Below the pieces are notes generated by a model, which saw nothing but the letters and a program-made list of their open reading frames with translations, was not told the DNA's origin and ran no database searches. This document shows, in pieces, positions 59,820-64,000 of a stretch of DNA of 64,000 bases. The position numbers were made by a program, and so were the translations under genes. Every line of letters begins with the position of its first letter. Position 1 is the first letter of the stretch. This stretch comes from Spirochaetota bacterium (GTDB lineage: Bacteria; Spirochaetota; UBA4802; UBA5550). The DNA lies in contig CAXXHB010000003.1 of assembly GCA_963664815.2 (NCBI GenBank), positions 1,664,001-1,728,000 of the forward strand. Direction: 5' to 3'.

Positions 59820-61172
59820 ATGTCTGGAATGGCACTTATCAGAGAACGAAAAACAAAATATTACAGCACATGGCAGGAGGAATATCAGGCAAAGCTTACA
59901 TCAGCAGAAGAAGCGGCAAAGGTGGTCCAGTCGGGGGAGAGTATTTTTTTCGGAGGAGGAACCGGAATACCAACGGCATTTGCAACTGCATTGGGGAAAC
60001 GTGCTGATGAACTTGAAAATATAACAATTTCACAGGGATATGCAATGGGACTTTTTGATTACATGAAGCCGGAGAATAAGGAAAGATTTCAGATTGAAAC
60101 GATGTTTGTAGGTCCGATGGAAAGAATATGCATGCAGTGGGGAGTTGCACAGTACAAACCTATGCATTTAAGTGATATACCTGCTGCAGCGCTCCATGCA
60201 AACTGCAGACGTGTTGCTTTCGTGGCAACACCTCCTGATGAAAACGGTTATATGAACAGGTCCTGTTTCGGATCTTTCCTGCCGAATGAGGAATGTGTTA
60301 AACCTGCCGATACAATAATTGTCGAAGTAAACCGCAATGCGCCCAGACTTAACAGCGATGATTTCAAGATACACGTGTCGGATGTTGATTTTATTATTGA
60401 AAACGATTTCCCGTTGTTTGAACTTCCGGATATCCCGATAATGGACGAGGAGAAAAAAATAGCAGAATATATTGCGGATCTTGTTCCGGATGGTTCCTGT
60501 ATACAGATAGGTCTGGGAGGTCTTGCAAATGCGGTAGGATACCTTCTCCATGAGAAAAAAGATCTCGGGATGCATGCTGAGGTTGTTACCCCATCTGTCG
60601 CAGAACTTGTTAAAGCCGGGGTAATTAACGGTTTACGTAAGAATTTTATGCCAGGAAAGGTTGTCAGCGCATTTGCTGTAGGTACAAAAAAGTTTTATAA
60701 TGAAATACATAATAATGACAGCTTTTATTTCAAGGAAGTTGGCTGGGTTAATAATCCTGACATTATAGGACTTAACGATAACCTTGTATCTATAAACAAT
60801 ACATTGATGGTAGACCTTACTGGACAAGCCGCATCGGAGTCAATTGGAATCATGCAGTATAGTGCAACCGGAGGTCAGCTTGATTTCATTCTTGGTGCCA
60901 GAAAATCCAGAGGGGGCAAGAGTATCCTGTCTCTCAATTCAACATATACCGATAAGAACGGAAAACTACAGACTAAAATCATGCCAACTTTTCCAGCAGG
61001 TACGATTGTAACAACACCAAGAACTCTCGTAGAGTATATTATTACTGAATATGGAGTAGCAAATTTAAGGCTCAGAACTGTTAAGGAGAGAGCAAAATCT
61101 CTTATTGGTATTTCACATCCGGAGTTCAGGGATCAGCTGACTTTTGAAGCGAAGAAAAACGGATGGCTGTAA
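59820..61172 (+). CDS. Acetyl-CoA hydrolase/transferase family (4-hydroxybutyrate CoA-transferase-like)
   Basis: PPDENGY, IQIGLG, DLGMHAE, VDLTGQ, GGQLDF and ITEYG motifs. ATG follows GGAGG. Confidence 0.9.
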   Translation: MSGMALIRERKTKYYSTWQEEYQAKLTSAEEAAKVVQSGESIFFGGGTGIPTAFATALGKRADELENITISQGYAMGLFDYMKPENKERFQIETMFVGPMERICMQWGVAQYKPMHLSDIPAAALHANCRRVAFVATPPDENGYMNRSCFGSFLPNEECVKPADTIIVEVNRNAPRLNSDDFKIHVSDVDFIIENDFPLFELPDIPIMDEEKKIAEYIADLVPDGSCIQIGLGGLANAVGYLLHEKKDLGMHAEVVTPSVAELVKAGVINGLRKNFMPGKVVSAFAVGTKKFYNEIHNNDSFYFKEVGWVNNPDIIGLNDNLVSINNTLMVDLTGQAASESIGIMQYSATGGQLDFILGARKSRGGKSILSLNSTYTDKNGKLQTKIMPTFPAGTIVTTPRTLVEYIITEYGVANLRLRTVKERAKSLIGISHPEFRDQLTFEAKKNGWL

Positions 61173-61222
61173 TGATCAATTCCTGGTAAAACCCGCCAGA
61201 TTTCACAAAGATATTATTATTT

Positions 61223-61265
61223 CTGTATAAATAAACCCGAAATAACAGTGGGTTTATTTATACAG
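61223..61265 (+). terminator. Stem-loop terminator
   Basis: CTGTATAAATAAACCC ... GGGTTTATTTATACAG perfect 16-bp stem. Confidence 0.65.
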
Positions 61266-61502
61266 GCATGCATTAAACATGAGATGTGATTAAATTAAAA
61301 ACTTTCAAATAAGATAGATAATAATATATGATAATCACAGGTTATTAAAACAACCATTTATACGCAAAAAAATATGTAAATAAGAATAAATTTCTTTTAA
61401 AGCGATTGACTGGAATATTAATATAATTATATATTACTAATGAAAAATCTGGAGTTTCTTAAAATCTGATATTCACTGAAAAACTATTTATGAGGTTATT
61501 AT

Positions 61503-62606
61503 ATGAAGAGAATAGCGCTGGTATTATCATTGTTACTTATATTTACTGTAGCTGCGTTTCCTAAAGCTTCAAAAAAAGCTGTAAAAAATCCAGCCAATAG
61601 TCCCTGTGTTAAAGGGAAATGTACTAATGGACAGGGAACAATGAAATATAGTGATGGCACTGTTTATACGGGTGATTTTAAAGATCAGAAGTATGAGGGG
61701 ACAGGAGTACTCGTCAAAGCGGATGGTACAAAATATGAAGGGGAGTTTAAAAACGGAGTTTATGACGGGAAAGGAACTCTTGCCAGGTCTGATGGGACGA
61801 AGTATGCAGGCGAATTTAAAGATGGTAAATTTAACGGGAAAGGTACCCTGACAATTCGGGACGGATCTCAGTTTATCGGTGAATTTATCAATGATAAATA
61901 TGAGGGAAAGGATATTATTGCTGCAGAAAATGGATCGCTGTATGTTGGTGAAACAAAAGATGGCAAATACGAAGGTAAAGGTTCGCTTGTACAGGCTGAC
62001 GGGAACAAGTATACGGGTGATTTCAAAGAAGGTGTATTCAGTGGTGAGGGTACACTCATAAAGAAAGATGGTACACAATATGCGGGAACATTCGTTAACG
62101 GTAAAGCTGAAGGAAAAGGAGTCGTGACAACTTCTGACGGTAAAAAGCTTGAAGGTCTTTTTAAGGATGGACAGATAGAAGGGAAAGGCATTCTTTCTAC
62201 AGCATCAGGTGTTAAGTTTGAAGGGGATTTTAAAGGCGGCAAGGTTACCGGTTCCGGAGTTATGTTATGGCCAAACGGAGCAAAATATGAAGGAGGCTAT
62301 GCCGATGATTATCGTGACGGCAAAGGTACATATTCATTTTCAAACGGTGATTTCTATTCAGGCGGTTATATGCTGAACATAAAAAACGGTACCGGCGAAT
62401 ATAAATGGAAAGACGGTGATGCATACAGCGGAGGCTGGAAAGATGGTCTCATGGATGGCAATGGTGTATATATATGGTCAGATGGAGTTCAGTATTCCGG
62501 GGAGTGGAAAGCCGGAAAAATTAATGGCAGAGGGAAATTAACCTGGCCAGACAAGAAACGGCTGGAAGGTACATTTGAAAATAACAAACTGATCAAAGCA
62601 AATTAG
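61503..62606 (+). CDS. Exported MORN-repeat protein
   Basis: Signal peptide, CVKGKCTNGQG cap and about 14 repeats of 23 aa (YxGxFKxGxxxGKGxLxxxDG). Confidence 0.9.
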   Translation: MKRIALVLSLLLIFTVAAFPKASKKAVKNPANSPCVKGKCTNGQGTMKYSDGTVYTGDFKDQKYEGTGVLVKADGTKYEGEFKNGVYDGKGTLARSDGTKYAGEFKDGKFNGKGTLTIRDGSQFIGEFINDKYEGKDIIAAENGSLYVGETKDGKYEGKGSLVQADGNKYTGDFKEGVFSGEGTLIKKDGTQYAGTFVNGKAEGKGVVTTSDGKKLEGLFKDGQIEGKGILSTASGVKFEGDFKGGKVTGSGVMLWPNGAKYEGGYADDYRDGKGTYSFSNGDFYSGGYMLNIKNGTGEYKWKDGDAYSGGWKDGLMDGNGVYIWSDGVQYSGEWKAGKINGRGKLTWPDKKRLEGTFENNKLIKAN

Positions 62607-62634
62607 ATAAAATCACATCAGTTATAAAGATTGA

Positions 62635-62661
62635 AACCCCTGGAAAATTCAGGGGTTTTTT
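62635..62661. terminator. Rho-independent terminator
   Basis: AAACCCCTG-GAAAATT-CAGGGGTTTTTT between convergent genes. Confidence 0.75.
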
Positions 62662-62775
62662 ATATCCGGGATGAGTTAAAAATGAGCCTCATATATAAAA
62701 ATATCCCGGATGGATATCATTGCATAATACATCCGGGATTGGTGAATTCATTCAGTTGTTTATTCTTTTTATAAT

Positions 62776-64000
62776 CTATATATATTTAAGTTTTTTGGCT
62801 TCTGAAGTGAGCCACTCCCTGAACTCCGGATGTGCAATTGCTATAAGAGATTTTACTCTATCTCTCAGGTTGAATCCCTTGAGTTGTGCTATTCCATATT
62901 CTGTTACAATATACTGAACATCATTTCTCCCGGTCGTGACATACGAACCGGGTTTGAGCATCGGCATAATACGGGATTTAAGTTCTCCTGTACCTTTCTC
63001 CTGATAAGTCGAGTAGAGGGCAAGTATTGCCTTTCCACCTTTTGAACGCCATGCCCCCTCGACAAAATCTATCTGTCCCCCGGCGCCTGAATACATGGAA
63101 CTTCCGATTGATTCTGATGCGCACTGTCCCGAAAGGTCAACCTCCAGAGTGGAGTTTATCGATATTACATTTTCATTCAGCCCTATATTATAAGGATCAT
63201 TAACTACTTCGCATGAATGCATTTCGACAAGAGGATTTTCTTTCACAAAGTTATAAAGTTTTTTAGTGCCAAGAGCAAAGCATGCAAGCCATTTTCGCGG
63301 CATAAACTGTTTCCTGGAACAGGTAATTATACCCTTCTCGTACAGATCAACCATTGAATCACATAACATTTCAGAGTGTATTCCGAGATCTTTTTTATCG
63401 CATAAATGCTGTGCTACTGCGTTGGGTATGCTTCCAATTCCCAGCTGAAGGCATGCTCCGTCAGGAACAAGATCTGCAATGTATTCGCCGATTCTGCTGT
63501 CTTTTTCATTAACATTTATCTCCGGCAGTTCAACAAGGGGAACATTATTCTCTGTAATAGCTGAAAGTTCTGTAATGTGAAAATGGTTATTCCCGAAGGT
63601 CCGGGGCATGTATTCATTAACCTCGGCAATTATTCTGCATCCGGGACTATGATTAATAAATCCGTATATGTAATCCGGATTTATTCCTGTACTGAAATAC
63701 CCGTGTTCGTCCATCGGAGAGACGGTTATCATAGCGGCTTTCATGTTTGCCACTTCAACCATTTTCGGACCGTCGAAGAGTCTGTGAGGCACGTATGAGA
63801 AAAGACCTGAATTCACAAAGAACCGGTCCAGCGGGCCGTTGTACATAACATCAATTGTATTATTCCGGTTTACTTTTTCAATAATATCACCTTTATGAAG
63901 ATCCAGGATCCGGCAGCTTAGTGCGCAGAGTAATTCGCATCCCTTAAGTTTCTCAGATGCCATTCTTGCAGCCAGTGCGTTTATGAGCGCGGGAGGCTGT
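62776..64000 (-). CDS. Acetyl-CoA hydrolase/transferase family protein (5' end lies outside the window)
   Basis: The frame is open to the window edge (QPPALINALAARM...). Motifs SPMDEHGY, LQLGIG, DLGIHSE, GGQIDF and VTEYG. Confidence 0.9.
   Translation of the reverse strand, partial: QPPALINALAARMASEKLKGCELLCALSCRILDLHKGDIIEKVNRNNTIDVMYNGPLDRFFVNSGLFSYVPHRLFDGPKMVEVANMKAAMITVSPMDEHGYFSTGINPDYIYGFINHSPGCRIIAEVNEYMPRTFGNNHFHITELSAITENNVPLVELPEINVNEKDSRIGEYIADLVPDGACLQLGIGSIPNAVAQHLCDKKDLGIHSEMLCDSMVDLYEKGIITCSRKQFMPRKWLACFALGTKKLYNFVKENPLVEMHSCEVVNDPYNIGLNENVISINSTLEVDLSGQCASESIGSSMYSGAGGQIDFVEGAWRSKGGKAILALYSTYQEKGTGELKSRIMPMLKPGSYVTTGRNDVQYIVTEYGIAQLKGFNLRDRVKSLIAIAHPEFREWLTSEAKKLKYI

Noticed and set aside
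61600-62590. 69-bp periodicity as a non-coding repeat array
   Set aside because: Fully explained by MORN protein repeats with diverged codons.
1-64000. tRNA, rRNA, IS elements, defence systems
   Set aside because: No cloverleaf, rRNA-like tract, transposase or recognisable defence protein motif was found by eye; short RNAs could have been missed.

Overview
AT-rich bacterial chromosomal window, probably from an anaerobic spirochaete. This is inferred from spirochaete-type FliM/FliY N-termini, a membrane-anchored AraC regulator, a membrane-anchored PP2C and a CxxGxCxNGxG MORN protein. The window holds about 57 CDS and no recognisable rRNA, tRNA, CRISPR array, integrase or transposase. The left half is a mixed metabolic and stress region. 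It has a PAS hybrid kinase, a membrane Fe-S/CCG oxidoreductase, dapA and a secreted protein made of 24 exact 12-aa repeats. It also carries PP2C, MarR/MBL, a nitroreductase, a cold-shock protein, two acyl-CoA ligases, RNHCP-rsgA, a radical SAM-NUDIX pair and mprF. The centre (31.3-50.5 kb) is a chemosensory island: cheD, two cheR, MBL, MCP, cheB, cheW, cheY, STAS, cheA, two REC-led kinases and two paralogous NarL-type regulators. The island opens with the most unusual element, a three-gene 'motor-less switch' module. It encodes a FliM paralogue, a FliY/FliN-FliG(M+C) fusion lacking the FliF-binding domain, and a soluble MotA that keeps the torque residues but has no transmembrane helices. A shared tandem 16-bp palindromic operator lies upstream of two promoter regions in the island. 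The right end has a phage-like double XRE cassette, modABC, two moeA genes, two CoA-transferases and a MORN protein. All calls are by eye; no searches were run.
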